Shown: piece after piece, positions 38,479-53,738 of the stretch
Numbering within the stretch: the first letter of the stretch is position 1
How the letters are laid out: the number at the start of each line of letters is the position of its first letter
From: Octopus vulgaris
Taxonomy: Eukaryota
Direction of reading: 5' to 3'
Assembly (NCBI GenBank): GCA_951406725.2
Contig: OX597832.1
Location: forward strand, 36,084,001 to 36,148,000
DNA: 64,000 bases
Translations under genes and position numbers: made by a program
Notes under the pieces: model-generated
The model's input: the letters and a program-made list of their open reading frames with translations, nothing else
Told to the model about the DNA's origin: nothing
Databases searched by the model: none

Positions 38479-39590
38479 CAGCAGCAGCAGCAGCGACGAG
38501 TAAGTGATATATTGCCTTGTGGTAAATCCTAAGATGAACAAATGAAGAGGCTAAGGTTCGCTGATAAACGCTGCGGAGTTCATTAAATCTTCGAGGTAGA
38601 AGAATATTAGAAAACTATTAAAAAAATAACGGATATCTTTTCAAAGAAAACTAACAAAATAAGATAACTCTTGCTAAGTTGAAAATTGAAATTCTTAAAG
38701 TAGAGCGCGAATGAAAGACAGCCAGTAAACGTGAAAGCTATTCCCCGGATGAAAGAACGAACAATTTCCAAGTTTCCTTTGAAACATGACTAAAAATCAC
38801 GTTGGTTACCATTTTAGAAACACCTATCTTCAAATCTTTCTTCTCATCAAAAATAACGATACAGCAATGAAAATGCTTTCAAAGGGAGCGAAAATTCGAA
38901 AACAAAACCGAGAAGTTAAAAGGAAACAAAAAAAAACAAAAAAAAAGAACAAAAAAATGATGCGAGCATTAAAAATCTGTTTTTATTGCAAAGACAGAAA
39001 AAAAAAGGAAGTCATAAAAATATTTCAGTAGAAATGGTGAAACGTTATTTTATCGGAAATTGTTTACAGGTCTTTATGGTTAATCTCGCAGATATGAAAA
39101 GACTTTCGTTGTCAGCTCGAGACGAACAAGAAGTCATTCCTATCACAAGTAACAAACGCTACATGTCCACTCATCAACTTCGGTATTGATTTTCGAAATC
39201 AATACTTTAACGAAAGAAAAAATATTTTTAAAGAACAGCCTGCTGTTTGGCATAAAAGTTCAGGAGTAAATTTGAATGAACAACACAAGGAGTTGTTCGC
39301 TATTTAACTTAAATCTATGACACGATATCAGGCGTGACAAATCTCACCAATAAACTCGTCTAGAACTTGTAAAAGCACACGAGTCTTTAAATAGATTCAA
39401 CTGGAAACATCTCCTGCTAAAGTTATAGTTTAATTTGCATTGAATTAATTGAACATGCAGTGAAATATGAATAAAATTACACAGATTTGATCTGAAGAAT
39501 GTTTTCTCACATTAGTAAAAAGTCTTGGGTCCTAAATAAAGGGGAATAAAATTATAGCGTTCACGGTTTTATATGGAGGTCATATATAGA

Positions 39591-39690
39591 GGGCAGGCGT
39601 GGCTGAGTGGATGAGAAGTTCGCTTTCCACACATGTGGTCTTGCGATGAGTTTCACTGTCCAGCATCTTGGGCAAGTGTCTCATTGGGCT
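39591..39690 (+). mobile_element. SINE family A head fragment
   Basis: GGCAGGCGTGGCTGAGTGG..AGAAGTTCGCTT..CATCTTGGGCAAGTGTCT. Confidence 0.65.
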
Positions 39691-40499
39691 TATATATATA
39701 TATATATATATATGATTGAAAAAATTTGGAGTCAGCAAGGAGTACGGATGGACATTTATTTTCAATCGCTACAATTGCCTCAACGCAACGTCGATCTCCA
39801 GGCGTGCAGCTACTTGGTTATGCAACCGTTCTCCTGCATTATGAGATCGAATTGTGTTTCCTCAGGCGACTTGTAAATATCATCTCCGTAAGCTCAAATG
39901 TTCGGCTTCAAGAGAATCCTCTCTGTCTGTCGTGGCCTGAAGTTAGTTATTTCAGTAGTAGCCACTGATTTTATCAAGGTGTGTTGTTGCTGAAGGACCG
40001 TTGGCAAACTGCTTTGAATGTATAGATGTAGTGAGATGATGATTCTGCTACTGTTAAAATGGTTGTCGTTTTAAAGGGATTGGCATTTGGTTTCTTTGTA
40101 CTGTTGATTTGTTCTTCATGGCTGGTTACACTTGCGATTGTCCTTAGTTGACCTTTAAGAATCGGCCCATACGTATACATACATGGTCGTTCACATATAT
40201 ATCCATATACATACTAACGCTCGGACACATACACACAAATACGCCCATACATACATATGTGTGTGTGTATACACGTACGCATATACTGATATGTACGCGC
40301 ACTCACAATACATACACATATGCAAATATATGTACATATATATACACACGCAAGCATATACATACACAGATGCGTATGTGCATATATATATATATATATA
40401 TAATATAGGAATATATTCAACATAATAGCATTTTGAAACTACGTTTTCCTTAGCTTCGGCTGTGTAACAATCTATTCCTAACGAGATTTAGACAAAAGT

Positions 40500-42310
40500 C
40501 AACTCTTTTCATGTGATCGATGATGTTCCAGATAAGCACATGGAACCCTAATGTTAACTGGATAATTAATGCTTATCTGTCGACAGATGCTCTTACAGAA
40601 CATCTTGGAATAGAAGCAATCCGGATGGAGAACAAAACCTGAGGAAACGGCAATCCGTGCCACTTTATTGTATGGATGACTGCGATAATAAAATGTAAAG
40701 AGAAAAATTAGTCCACATCTTAGCAATTATATCTTATGCAAAAATAACAAAACTCTCTGGTGAATCTTCACACCAAGCTCTTGAGGGGAAACTAATTACT
40801 TTAAAGCATTAACTTAGAGTATTAAATTTCATTATCATAGAAAAATCCATAGGTATTATACGAAAAAATGAGGAAAAAAAACATCGTCATTAAGAAAGCT
40901 TCTTCTCAGAAAGATCAGGAATCTTTGGGGTCTAAGTTTTGGAACAAAAAGAAACACATTGAGACTAAATGCAGTTAGGAAAGAATACCAACATCGACAG
41001 TAAAACTTATACAATCAACCATGAAATTTTCACTTTAGCTGCAGATAAACTACATAATTAGAAGGAGCCTGCTACCGTTATTCACTGTCATTGAGAGACT
41101 CACAAAGACCTGGGCACTGATCTTCACTCCTACTACTGAGAACAATGGTCTCTGATGTTATAAATATTTATAAATATTTCAAAAGGAATATTCCAAGGAG
41201 ATAGTCTTTCTGTACTTTTATTTTGGCATTAAATTCCATTATCAGCTCTGTTTAAAAAAATTTAGTAGCTACATGCCAGGTTCTGTAACCCATAATTTCT
41301 TTGAAGATTGCTTGAAAATCTATGCTAAAAATCTTGACAATGCTAAAAGCAGTGGGTGTTAATATCAACATTTTTAGCTGGCAAAGGAATGGCACTCAGC
41401 ATAAAGAAATGTTCGTGTTTGATTGTTGAGCTTGAAAAATCAATCTTCCACAAACCCACAACTTGTGCAACAATGGTCTATCTATTTCTCCTGTTCCACT
41501 CAAAGAATGCTACAAATATATTGGCATTGAGGGAAATGCAAAACTGCTGTGAACAAAAATAGAATGACCCATGAATATTACACTAGACTTTGAAGACTAT
41601 GGCAGTCGGAAGTCTCCTATTCCAAGAGAATATCCCACAATGAATTTACAGTACCGGAATTGGTAGCAACATTTCAGATTCTTTACCAGTCTGTATCCTG
41701 ACATCAACTAGAAACTTCTGCAGAAACAGAGATATCAACAGGCTCTACCTTAGGTAAAGACAACGGGGGTAGAGGCTTGCGATCAGTGCAGACAGCCTTC
41801 AAATGGCATATAGCAGCTTTCAAACAAAAGCAAAATTAAATAGATAAACCCAGTGCTGAAAAGGGAACATCCTACAAACCAGTAGTAAACTCTTCAGGCA
41901 GCACTCACTCCCAGACAACTTCCCTATACAACCTCACAACAAGTGGCCTGACATGCCTCAAAAAAGACCTGTATGTGAAATGCTCAGCTTACCAAATAAA
42001 TAAATAAAGATTATGCTTGGGTATGTTCCCTGAAGACTTCAAGATGACATTAATATCCATATGAAGTACAGCTTTTCTTGAACTGACAACTGCTGTGTCA
42101 TCACATCAAATTTCGAAGGTTATGTGTTTGTAATCCAAGAGAAGGAAACCATTACAAAATACTTAATGAGCAAAGGAGACAGTGAAACCACCGGAGTCCC
42201 AAGATGCAATCAAAAATGTCAATAATGTCCTAATTACTGTGGAAGACATCATGTGTAATCAACATCTACCCCAAAACGTCATCAAGGTATCTAATGTGAC
42301 ATGATGCAAA
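40500..42310 (+). mobile_element. R4/Dong-clade non-LTR retrotransposon, heavily degenerate
   Basis: KGIFQGDSLSVLLF (~41180), HNFFEDCLKIYA (decayed xxDD box), NRLYL..GGRGLRSVQTAF (~41740-41800), SNFEGYVFVIQEKE (~42105). The left boundary is approximate. Confidence 0.85.
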
Positions 42311-42442
42311 TATCAATATTAGGAATATTTAATTACCATTAAGACTTCTACCAAGTGCAAACATAACAGTTGTTTAGGGACAAAGAAAGAGTTTATTCAC
42401 ATCAGCTGGGCTTATCTTACAGTTAAAAGCAAATATTGCCAG

Positions 42443-42545
<103 letters not shown>

Positions 42546-43207
42546 ACTGGCATTAAACCGTTTCTGTCCTTTATGATTGTCAACTCTTCCATAATCAGGT
42601 TCATGGAACTCTAAACTAATCTACTGCTTCCCATTCTAGTCTCCTGGAAGCAAATTATTTTGCGTTAAATACAAAATTAATTTTCTTCTTCCTCACTTAA
42701 ATTTTTGTTATTGTTGTTTTTAACTTTTTTTATTATTATTCATAGTTTCCAAAATAGTAACGAGAATAAATACTTAATTATCTTGCAACGGCTGCAACAA
42801 CTACATCACCACCAGCTTCAACACCACCAACAACAACAACTCTAACAAAAACAAAATCAACCACAACAATAAAACCTACATGAAGATATAAATATTATAA
42901 AATAATTTGAACATATTTTTTCGGGGTATAAAAAGCATTATATAAAAAATAATAATATTGAAACGAATAAATAAACTAAAATTTCAATTACAAAATTATT
43001 TTGAACATTTTCAAAACTCCAGCACGCAACATTTAACAATCCCAATAAGCTCTGTTGAGAAATTATCCAATAACTGTTTGTCAAATTTTCTACAGAGATA
43101 TTCTTAACGTTTCATCGATTACATCTGGAACAGGACTGTGTAGAAATAGACACTGTGTGCACTACACTTGTTTCCTCTTGTTTTCTTTAATCTCTTCTCC
43201 TCACTTA

Positions 43208-43239
<32 letters not shown>

Positions 43240-43634
43240 CTCTTTCGTTTTCTTTTTTCTCACCTCTTCATTTATGGAAAATATTCTGAAGCCATTGAAT
43301 TCTGCCAGTTTATTAGAAAAATATCATTGAATTGTACTTCATAAAAGGAAATGTTATAAAGCATGATTTATTTTGGTGAGACGATAATTTTGATAAAATT
43401 AATGTCTTTTGTTCGGTAAACACAATCTAAACCCATATGGCCTACCTGCCTCTCTTCTTTTCTTCACTCATACTTTATCTGTTCTCAATACAGTCCTCCT
43501 CTCCAGAGATGTCTGTCACCCTTTGAAACTCACTGCCCGTTAATGTGCTGTTTTCCTCTAATCTATTTGTTGCATCATTGATCATATGTCTGTTATATCA
43601 TGGCCAATCAGGTAAATAAACAACAACAACAACA

Positions 43635-43672
<38 letters not shown>

Positions 43673-44285
43673 ATGGCCAAATCAATGTTATTAGTTAGTC
43701 CAAGGTCTGCTCTGATCCAGCAGACCAAAAACGAAAACTATCCAACCATAGCCATCTGTCTTACCAAACAATACATTTAGTACAACAAATGCTTCCGTCT
43801 TTTTCTAAAGATGGCTTGAAGGCAATTTTGGCTGCTATTCCTTGCAAGTGTTGTGACCATATTAGGTTTACATATTTAGCAATCTGGTTGTGTTTCGAAA
43901 GGACACTGTAGAAAGTTAAAATAGCTGTTTTTCACACCAAAGAAGCCATTTCTCATAGTATTATTATTGATCTTTTATTAGACTTAATTATAATATTCAA
44001 TATTTAATGACAACATTCAATATACATATCTATTGTGATAAAATGGGAGCAGAGCTTACAGTGCTGTTGGATCCTATTCTAAGGTTTCTTTCCCCCTCCT
44101 ATCTCTCTCTCTTTCTCCCTCTCTCTTCCACATATGCACATACAACCTTTATTCCCTTTATTCCTACTTCTGGTGAATTTACCATTAATTTTCCTTTACT
44201 AGTCCAATAACTATTTTTTCTGTTGTACTATTTCTTTTAATGGGGTTCACACTGAGTGTCAGTTTAGCTGCCCTTTTTCGCCATA

Positions 44286-45200
44286 CAGTGGCCAGATTTA
44301 GCAATGGCCAAATTGAATTCGTGAGAATTTTATTTTTCCTTATGATGTAAAAATCTTCAAGAAAATATGCCCTTTTCTAAATGAAAATTAACAATGTCAA
44401 CTCTTGTATTTCGTAACGATTATCTGACATACCTACATCGAGTTTTATATCGAAATAAAGCAAAATAAAGCTTTCTTCATACTCACAGAATGACTTCTGT
44501 TACAACTTGAGTTATGCCGCTCGAGCGCATGGAACTAGAATGAGGGTTACGTTCAACAGTAGAAAAAGAAAAAGGAGGGTCAAACTTTGTAACTGCGTGG
44601 AAATATCAGTGTTTGAGTGATTCTTCTGATATAATGTAATTGTCGAATGAATTATAACTGTATGAGATGAAAGTTCACATCCACAACTTTCAAATGATAA
44701 ATAATTTTCCTTGGAAAATATTTATTTCGACATGAAAATGATGAAGCAAAAAGTGTGCTTTTGTGTGTTCAAACTGTGCTTGTCTCCTCTGTAAGGAGTT
44801 CTATAATGACATCTATTATGTTCTGGATATATTAATGTTGGAACATTCACATTTCAAGATATGTTTTCAGGAAGAAGATGCACATGTTGTCATGCACTCC
44901 TTCAACAAGATTTGTTGAGATTGAATTGTGCTGCCATTAATAATTCTATATCAATAACATTACCACCATTTATAGACCACTGTCTCTTTCTTTCATCTTA
45001 TTCTATCCCAGATTCAGCCGTTATTACTGCTCCTTTTCAGCTGTATGCAGTATAGCTAAGAGTGCTTCTTCACAACACAGATGTTACCAGTAATATCAGA
45101 AGTCATGCCATTATATTGTTTTGCCTTCCTGGCAGAGAAAGAAACAATTGAGTCTGTTATTAGATAATCGCAATCGCTGCCGATGTCATACAAATTCCTG
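44286..45200 (-). mobile_element. possible hAT (Tip100-like) relic
   Basis: CAGTGGCCAGATTTAG TIR-like end at 44286. Weak minus-strand remnants resemble Q.YDG..HC.AH.L and the ERSFS region. Confidence 0.3.
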
Positions 45201-46315
45201 ACTTTAAACTCTCAAATGGATGAGTAAGTGGATGCTAGAAAGTTCCCAAGATGATATCAAATAATGGCAACAAAAGAGAAGAAGTAAATTGAATGTAATA
45301 GCAGTTGGAAGCAGGACAAAAGCATTTTAAGCCTATTAACAATTTGCTGAACTTTGAAAGAATTCAAATAGAAATTTCTCTGAAGAATCTGAAATCTCTT
45401 GGTATTTCTCAAATATCAATTGATTGGTTCGTTTTAGTAGTTTGCCAATCGGTCTTTCTCAAAAGTGCCTGCAAGGAGACAACAAGGATTTTGTGACGTT
45501 CCATAAGTAGGCAAAAGTCCTTTCTTGTTTTGTTATCTGAATATATTATTATTATTATTATTATTATTACTATTTTTCAAAGATTTTGTTGAATTCTTTT
45601 CAATTGAATCAAATGCAAAACTTGTTGCAAATATCTCAATAGCATTTATGGTTTTATGTGGAGAAGAATTTTTGTGAGTGCATACGTATACACAAATGCA
45701 CACATTCTTATACACAAGAACTTATATGTTCACGCATACATTGCACATGCATACACACACACAACATATTTACATACACACAAATACATCTACAGCCAGT
45801 AGACATTAGCTAAGCTAAATCTGATATTAAACTGTTTAGGATTATAGTAGTGCCAATTAATCTCAATATAGTAAAACAGCTAACTGTTCATACACCTTTC
45901 AAAATAGTAAAACAGATAAACAATTATTCACATATCTGTTTTAACAGACACTTATATAAACAGTTATTTGTTTATCTAGATAACTTAGAGGGCAGCCACA
46001 TTAAAGTGAACACAAAACAATACTGTTTAGAAGCAGTTATCTGTGTAAACAAATAACTGTTTAGACATCATTTCCACCGACAAAATATACAATCCCTGGA
46101 GGATATTACCGATTTCCAATGCAATTATGTAATTAGTTGAGAGGGTTATTTTCCAGGAGCAGGGGAACCTGCAGCCTTCCAAAAGAATTCAGGATTTTCC
46201 ATTAAGAAATAAATTTTTGTTGGTTACATCTTATATTTATTCTAATGTTTTTAAATTCTTCAAGTCATTAAAAGGTTACCTTATAGATTTATATTTCCGG
46301 CATTAATATATATAA

Positions 46316-47200
46316 CTAGTTTGATACCCATTTCTTTGCTAACAGCAAAAAGGCAAAATATTAAATTTCAATTGTTTATCCATTTAAGATGCTACTTTTA
46401 CCATAAAATATATTCAGTTTAAATGCAAAAAGTCTTTGAAAGAAGTAAAAACTTAGAAAAATCAATGACTTATTAGGTATTTGTTAATTGTGTGAATTAT
46501 TGAAGACTTAATAAATAATCTTTCAATAGTTTAACTTTTGGTGTTTATTAGAAGAATATTTTGTATTCTACAAACTCTGTGTATACATTCTATGAAATTT
46601 ACATTTATTTCGATGACTTTTCCATAAGCAAGTTCCAAGTCAATGTTCTAATTCATCATTATGACATGTCTTTCTAACTGTGTGGTTAAATTCTCTTTTG
46701 TCAGCAAATATTCTCAAGTTTGTTGGATTAATTACTGCTGATAGCGACACTGAATTCAGATATGATTTCCACCTCTTTAAACTTATCCTTCACTCTTATT
46801 TAGCAACATAACAAAAGCAAGAATAATAGGAAATTGCAATCTTTCTAGAGTGACTCATAAATTAGTTTTAGATGGTTGAAAAAGCTATTAAGTTTGCTGA
46901 TGATCAGTAAATTGACAGTAGCATTGAGAACCATGTATCCAGTGCTAACTATTGCAGTGGCCATTTCTGCAACCTAAGTTTTGGCAAAGAATTACAGGAG
47001 CTCCAGTCTTGATTTTGATATGAAGTGATAGCCCACTTATACTTACGAAATTCAAAAATTCGGTGGGATGAAGAACCACCTGATTCTCTTCTGCCACTGA
47101 GTCTATGCTTTTCAGTATAATCACATTTGCAAGAAATTTATTGATAATTTCATCAATTAGCTGATGAATCTCATCAAATATAATGAGACAATGGTGCAAT
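46316..47200 (-). mobile_element. Helitron 3' fragment (Pif1 helicase C-terminus plus CTAG end)
   Basis: KSIDSVAEENQVVLHPTEFLN..SGL..KIKTGAPVILCQNL..NG and ERLQFPIILAFVMLLNKSEG. Terminal ...GGGTATCAAACTAG|T at 46316. Confidence 0.85.
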
Positions 47201-47399
47201 CTCTATGTGGTCATTTAAAGTGTGAGTAATAGCAATCAAATCTTTTTGAAATGTCTCCCTAACATCTTAAAAAGGAATGACATTTTGGATGTTGTTATGG
47301 TCAAAGCTAGAATGCCTAATTATGTGTGTGTGTGTGTGTGCATGCTTGTGTGTGTGTATTTTTAAGTTTGTGCATATACATACATGCACACTTACAAGG

Positions 47400-48720
47400 C
47401 TTTAACTGAGGGCTACACTCAGTAATCTGGTAGTCTCTAAGAAAACAAAAGAATGTTCTATGAGAGTGATACAAACAATGTATAAGGCTGCCAACAGCAA
47501 TGAGATCAGTAAAGAATTTAGTACACAAGTAAGTCTTCATCAGGGCTTAGTTCTAAACTCTCTCCTATTCATTATGGTTCTCCAGGCCATAACAGAGGAG
47601 TTTACTCCTGGTTGTCCATAAGGGATCCTATACATCTTTAATGCAGAGACAGTGTGACAATTAGAGAAAGAATTCTGGGTTTGAAAACAAAATTTAAACT
47701 AAGGAGCACTCAAAGTAATCCTGGCAAAGACTAAAGTTTTGAAAATTAGGGGAGAAGATGGGATCCTGGTTATCATCTTGATATACAGAAAATAGATAAG
47801 TAAGAATTCCGTACAGTGTACTAATTGTAAATGATGGGGACACAGAGGCTGCAGTCGGATCACAGATGTGTGCAGCAGATGCATGGGTGTAGTTACCAGT
47901 AAGAACACTGGTGGAAGAAGGTTCCATTGAAATAGTTGGTATCTGGTTATCTAGGTGACCTAATTAGCTGTGAAGGAAGGTGTTCTGAAGGTTTTGTAGC
48001 CAGATAAGAACAGGCTGGAACTAATACAGGGAGCTATTGCATATTTGCTAGCAACAAAACGAATGATACACTCTTTGATTGAAAGATTCATTGTAGGAGG
48101 CTGCATGTGGACAAAGTGCGACAGTGTGTGTGAATGTGAGGTAGATATTGAATGCAGAAGACAGGTGAAAGTTGGAAAGAAATGAAGCAAGCATGTTCTG
48201 TTGGATGTGTAATGTTGGTGGATATTGGTCAGTGTTTCTCAATCATTTGTGGACCCCTTTAATTCCTATTCTAATCAGCTGGACTCCAACAGCCATTCAA
48301 TGTCTAAAAAAATCCTATTGTATTTTTATAATTAAATATTATTAGGAATTGTATTAAAAAACTGTGTATTATAAGAAGTATAACCAATTCGTTGTAGATA
48401 AATTTTCACATGAGAAACCTTAAATGGACCCCAGTTGAGAACAAATGATATAAATGATGAAACATGGATGAGTTAAAGAGAAAAATTGGGTGTAAGAAGA
48501 ATTAAATACAGTATAGAAGAGAGAAGAAAGTATTGATTTGGGAATGTCATTCATATAGATGACGTCTAGGTAAATAAATGCGAAAACATTCAAGTAAAAG
48601 CAAGATCAAGGAACATATCAGCAAATGTGGCTAAAAAGATTGATTTCAGGAAACTGACTTTCACAAAAGGAGATGAAAAAAACATTGTATCAGGGAGGAC
48701 CTGTCTATCACTTGCTGCAT
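47400..48720 (+). mobile_element. RTE-clade LINE RT and 3' region, degenerate, interrupted by a MITE
   Basis: RVIQTMY..SKEFSTQVSLHQGLVLNSLLFIMVLQAITEEF..GCP; Cys-rich NSVQCTNCK*WGHRGCS; after the MITE, EKLGVRRIKYSIEERR. Confidence 0.85.
48230..48447. mobile_element. hAT MITE nested in the RTE
   Basis: CAGTGTTTCTCAA...TTGAGAACAAATG termini with GGACCCC subterminal motifs. Confidence 0.7.
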
Positions 48721-49015
48721 GGAAAAACAGGCATAAGAATGTAGAAGCTTATGGTGGTGGTAATCTTAGGGATGTTGGTGGTGCTGGTGGTGATGCTGGT
48801 GGTGGTGGTGGCAGTGATGATGATGATGATGATGATGATGATATATTCTTATTTAGTAAGTAGTTTACAAATTTAATTCTGTTTCAATTCTAACTTTGTA
48901 AACTACTCACCAAATAAAGAATGTAGCATTTTACTGCCTGAAGTATTGAACATTGTATTGAGTATCTGTAAACCTAAGCGAGAGAGAAAGAGAGAGAGAG
49001 AGTTAGTTACACATA

Positions 49016-49050
<35 letters not shown>

Positions 49051-49740
49051 TATTTGTATATATGTATGTGAAGATACATTTGTGTATGCGTATGTGCATG
49101 TGTATGCACGCGTGTGTGTTGTTCCATGGTTATGAGGGTAGTTACGTAGTTATAGAAGACTTTTATTAGCCAAACAATGTCAACACCCAATTATACCTTT
49201 AACGAATATATCTGGAAGGAATCTCCAGTATCAGAGGAGCCAATAAGTTGTTATGCGTGGACAAAGTGTTGGTGAAATTGCAAGAACCTTCTCAGACATG
49301 ACGCCAACGCTTGCAGTGAACTTTATTTTACCATTTATCTATTGAAAACAATCAATAGAAATTATGTAGTTTTAATTTTCTGTTATTGATCTGACTTCTT
49401 TTTACTCTCTTCAAAAGAATCTTTGTTATGTGCTTTGTATTGTTGTTGTTGCTGAGGTTATTGTTGTTGTTGTTGCTGTTGTTATCTTTTGTAGAATTGA
49501 TAAACTTCTTTCGTTCTTTCGGTCTCAATTTTTCAATAAATTCAAGATGTCTCCTTCAGTTTTCAGCTTTATCTTTTGGAAGTGCAGAGTGACACGTTCA
49601 TCGGGAATTATGGGAGGACCTGGATGTCACTTTCTCTTGTAAACTATACAAGTACATAATGGCACATTTCTTGTACTCTAAACAAGTACAAGTGGCACAG
49701 TCTTTCTAACCTGTAGAAGTACGTAATATTTATAAAATTG

Positions 49741-49933
49741 AAGGTGGTGAACTGGTAGAATCATTAGCATACTGGGCAACACCTTTACATTCTGAGTTCA
49801 AATTCCACTGAGGCTGACTCTGCCTTTCAACCTTTTGGAGTCAATGAAATAAGTACCAGCTGAGTACTAGGTTGATATAACTGACTTACCCCCTCCCCTA
49901 AAATTGCTGGCCTTGTGCCAAAATTAGAAACCA
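49741..49933 (+). mobile_element. SINE family B (Nin-domain-like), CpG-decayed
   Basis: TTCTGAGTTCAAATTCC..GCCTTTCAACCTTTTGGAGTCAATGAAATAAGTACCAG..AAAATTGCTGGCCTTGTGCCAAAATTAGAAAC. Confidence 0.85.
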
Positions 49934-50284
49934 ATATTTATTTAGTAATCTATGGAAGTACTTTAAAATACTTTCTCTGTAAGATATGAAAGTACTGAAC
50001 TGGATTTCTGTTATAAGTAAGGGAAGTACAGAGTTGACTCCTGTTATATTCTATAGAATATTTTGATTGCCGTTTGTGGAAGTACAAAGCAATGCTTTTG
50101 CTGTAACCTTTGAATGTACAGATTCATACTTTTGTAGCAATCTATACTAATTGACAGTTTATTGTAATATAAGGAGATGCAAAATGGCACTTTCAGTATA
50201 TTCTATGCAAACAGATAGACAACAACACATGCATACATGCACAGTATATAAACACACATATATGCTTAAAGCCAGCATATAAGA

Positions 50285-50960
50285 CTATAAGATCATGTCT
50301 GTAGTAATATATTGTTTCTGTGCCGATGACAACAAATACATATTATGTGCAAAACAAACTCACCTTTCTTGTTCCACATTCTTCACTCAGTACTTTCCAC
50401 AGTTCTGTTTATTTTTGCTTTAATAAAATTTGTTAATAATGACTGGCTTTGAGCAGCTATAAATGAGTCCTTCCATTTGTTTCTCAAGTTCTCCATTCTT
50501 CTTTCATAACCAAGATTTGTTGGCTGTAATACTCTGCATTTATCTGGGATGCTTGCCATGCAGCTCTTTTTTCCAGATGTTTCTTTCTCACTCTTGTATT
50601 CTTCTTTTCTTGTATTCTTTTGTGCTCTCCACAGCTTCTTTCCCCTCTCCTACGGAGGCTGAGATCACTTTTTCGTATGCTCTTCCCTATCACTTTCTGC
50701 CATCCCAATGCAGTCTTATAACTCATCAACACCATCTCAAAGATGTAATGACCTACACATGGTCAATGTCTCACTTCTTTTACAATCTACACCTCTAAGT
50801 TCTTTCCTAGTCCAGTTCAGAAAAGCAGCAGAATATCATATTAGAGACCATCACCCACAGGTTTGCTGCAAACATCTTTTTCTATTCATTCAATTTTGAG
50901 TTTAGCACCTTTTTTTACTCTTCTGAAATATTCCTTTCTCATCTTCTTCATTTTCTGACA
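50285..50960 (-). mobile_element. R4/Dong-clade non-LTR fragment
   Basis: KEYFRRVK/KVLNSKLN..YSAAFLNWTRKELRGVD..LTM..LH; GELEKQMEGLI/IAAQSQSLLTN; AQKQYYYRHD. Confidence 0.85.
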
Positions 50961-51024
50961 GAGAATTTAATTGTCATCATCATTGTTGCCATCATTGTTT
51001 TCTTTGTTCTCATCATCATTGTTG

Positions 51025-51848
<824 letters not shown>

Positions 51849-52599
51849 ATACAGTATTAGGATGCTATACCATTATATGAGATGTCAAACCACAACAGAA
51901 CTTTCAGCTAATTCTAAAAGTTCTCTACCAAATTATTTCTGAAGTTAATGGAATTTCTAAACATGCTTCTTAATCATAATGCCAAATATTCTCTATAACA
52001 TTCTTTTTTCCCACAAAAGAATAAAAGATTGTTTTATAAAGGATTCACCTGCCAATGCATCTGCCCTTAGAAACAGAGCCAACATCGAGATATCACATGG
52101 CTTTCCAATAGCGGAAGAGAAAGATTCTTTACATGTCTTTTATGATCATACACACACACACACACTCATACATGCTGATACATATGTATTCTCTTACACA
52201 TACATATACATGCATATCCTCACATATAGACACACACATACACACAAAAATTACATATATGCATTCATGTAAAAATTTACCCATAATCACACACACTCAC
52301 ATCTATATACAAATAGTTACGTGTCCACAAATACAAATGCACACATAAGCACTCCCACATGAATGCACACATATAAATATATGCGTATACTCATACATAT
52401 GTTTGTGCATGCATGTGCATGTGAGTGTGTGTGTGCATTTACCTGTGTGTGTGCATTTACCTGTGTGTGTGCATTTACCTGTGTGTGCACATACGGAGAT
52501 GAAGCTGCCTGTCAATGCATGCATACACTCACAGATATACATACATGTATGTATATGTGTGACACCAGCACCACAGCAATGCTTTTTACATGGCACCTT

Positions 52600-52830
52600 G
52601 GTTTTAGGATCTCAATTCTGTTGTTGTGGGTAGCTCTTCTTGAGTGTAGCAGTGTGTCACGTACCTTGGTCCTCTGTCATCTCTTTAATAAGGTTCACTG
52701 TTCTGAGATTGGCTTTTAATACTTCGTCCCATAACTTTCTGAGTCTCCCTCTTCTACAATTTCCCTCCACTTTAAGTGACCGGCACATCTTCATGCGACT
52801 TTCTTCGTCCATCCACATCACATGACAAAA
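52600..52830 (-). mobile_element. RTE LINE 3' end fragment
   Basis: HVMWMDEESRMKMCRSLKVEGNCRRGRLRKLWDEVLKANLRTVNL matches GHV.RM....K.....VEG...RGRP.K.W. Confidence 0.85.
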
Positions 52831-52927
52831 CCAGTACAACAAATATATTTACAAATGCATATGTATGGATACGTGTCTGTACACATATTGGACATGTGTG
52901 TCACAAATGGAATGTGTGTGTGTGGAT

Positions 52928-52982
<55 letters not shown>

Positions 52983-53636
52983 GAGTAGTAGTAGTAGTAG
53001 TAGCGGCAGCAGCAGCAGTAGTAGTAGCAGTAGTAGTAGTGTGCTCTTGGGCATGTGAAATTGTAAACGCTCATTATGCTGCATAAATGTGTTTGTATTT
53101 ATGCCTACATGAACGTTGCTACATGTCCATCAATCAGTATACACATGTATGTGTCTATACAAAGGCAAGTGTGGAGACCAAAAGAACAAAAAAGGCAATC
53201 CACCTCTCTGTCAATCTCCGTTTGTGTAGTGCAATGTGTAAGACGTTCGATCAAGCGAGGGGAGGCAACTGAGCACTGTGCACGTCCAGATAACATCTTT
53301 GCTGTCCATTCACATCAGCTAACGGCTGCTGAGACTGGTTGGATGAAAAAGATGACAACACTGATTGATGGAGAAAGTATTCGTAAATCATGAAACTCAA
53401 AGTCTCTCAATCATCAGTTTGCCTCCATCTATTTTTACATATATATATATATATGCTCTGACTTTATGTAACATTCCCTATTTTCTTTGTTTGATCAGTA
53501 CCATGTGTATATATGTGTATCAGAGTATAAGATGTGTGTGTGTCTGTGTGTCTGTGTGTGTGTACATATATACATATGTAAATGTATGTATGCATGTTGG
53601 TATATGTATACTATATATATGTATGTGTGAGTATTA

Positions 53637-53738
<102 letters not shown>

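Noticed and set aside
39715-39965. Possible mariner 3' end on the minus strand
   Set aside because: There is only vague C-terminal similarity and no catalytic motif was recovered.
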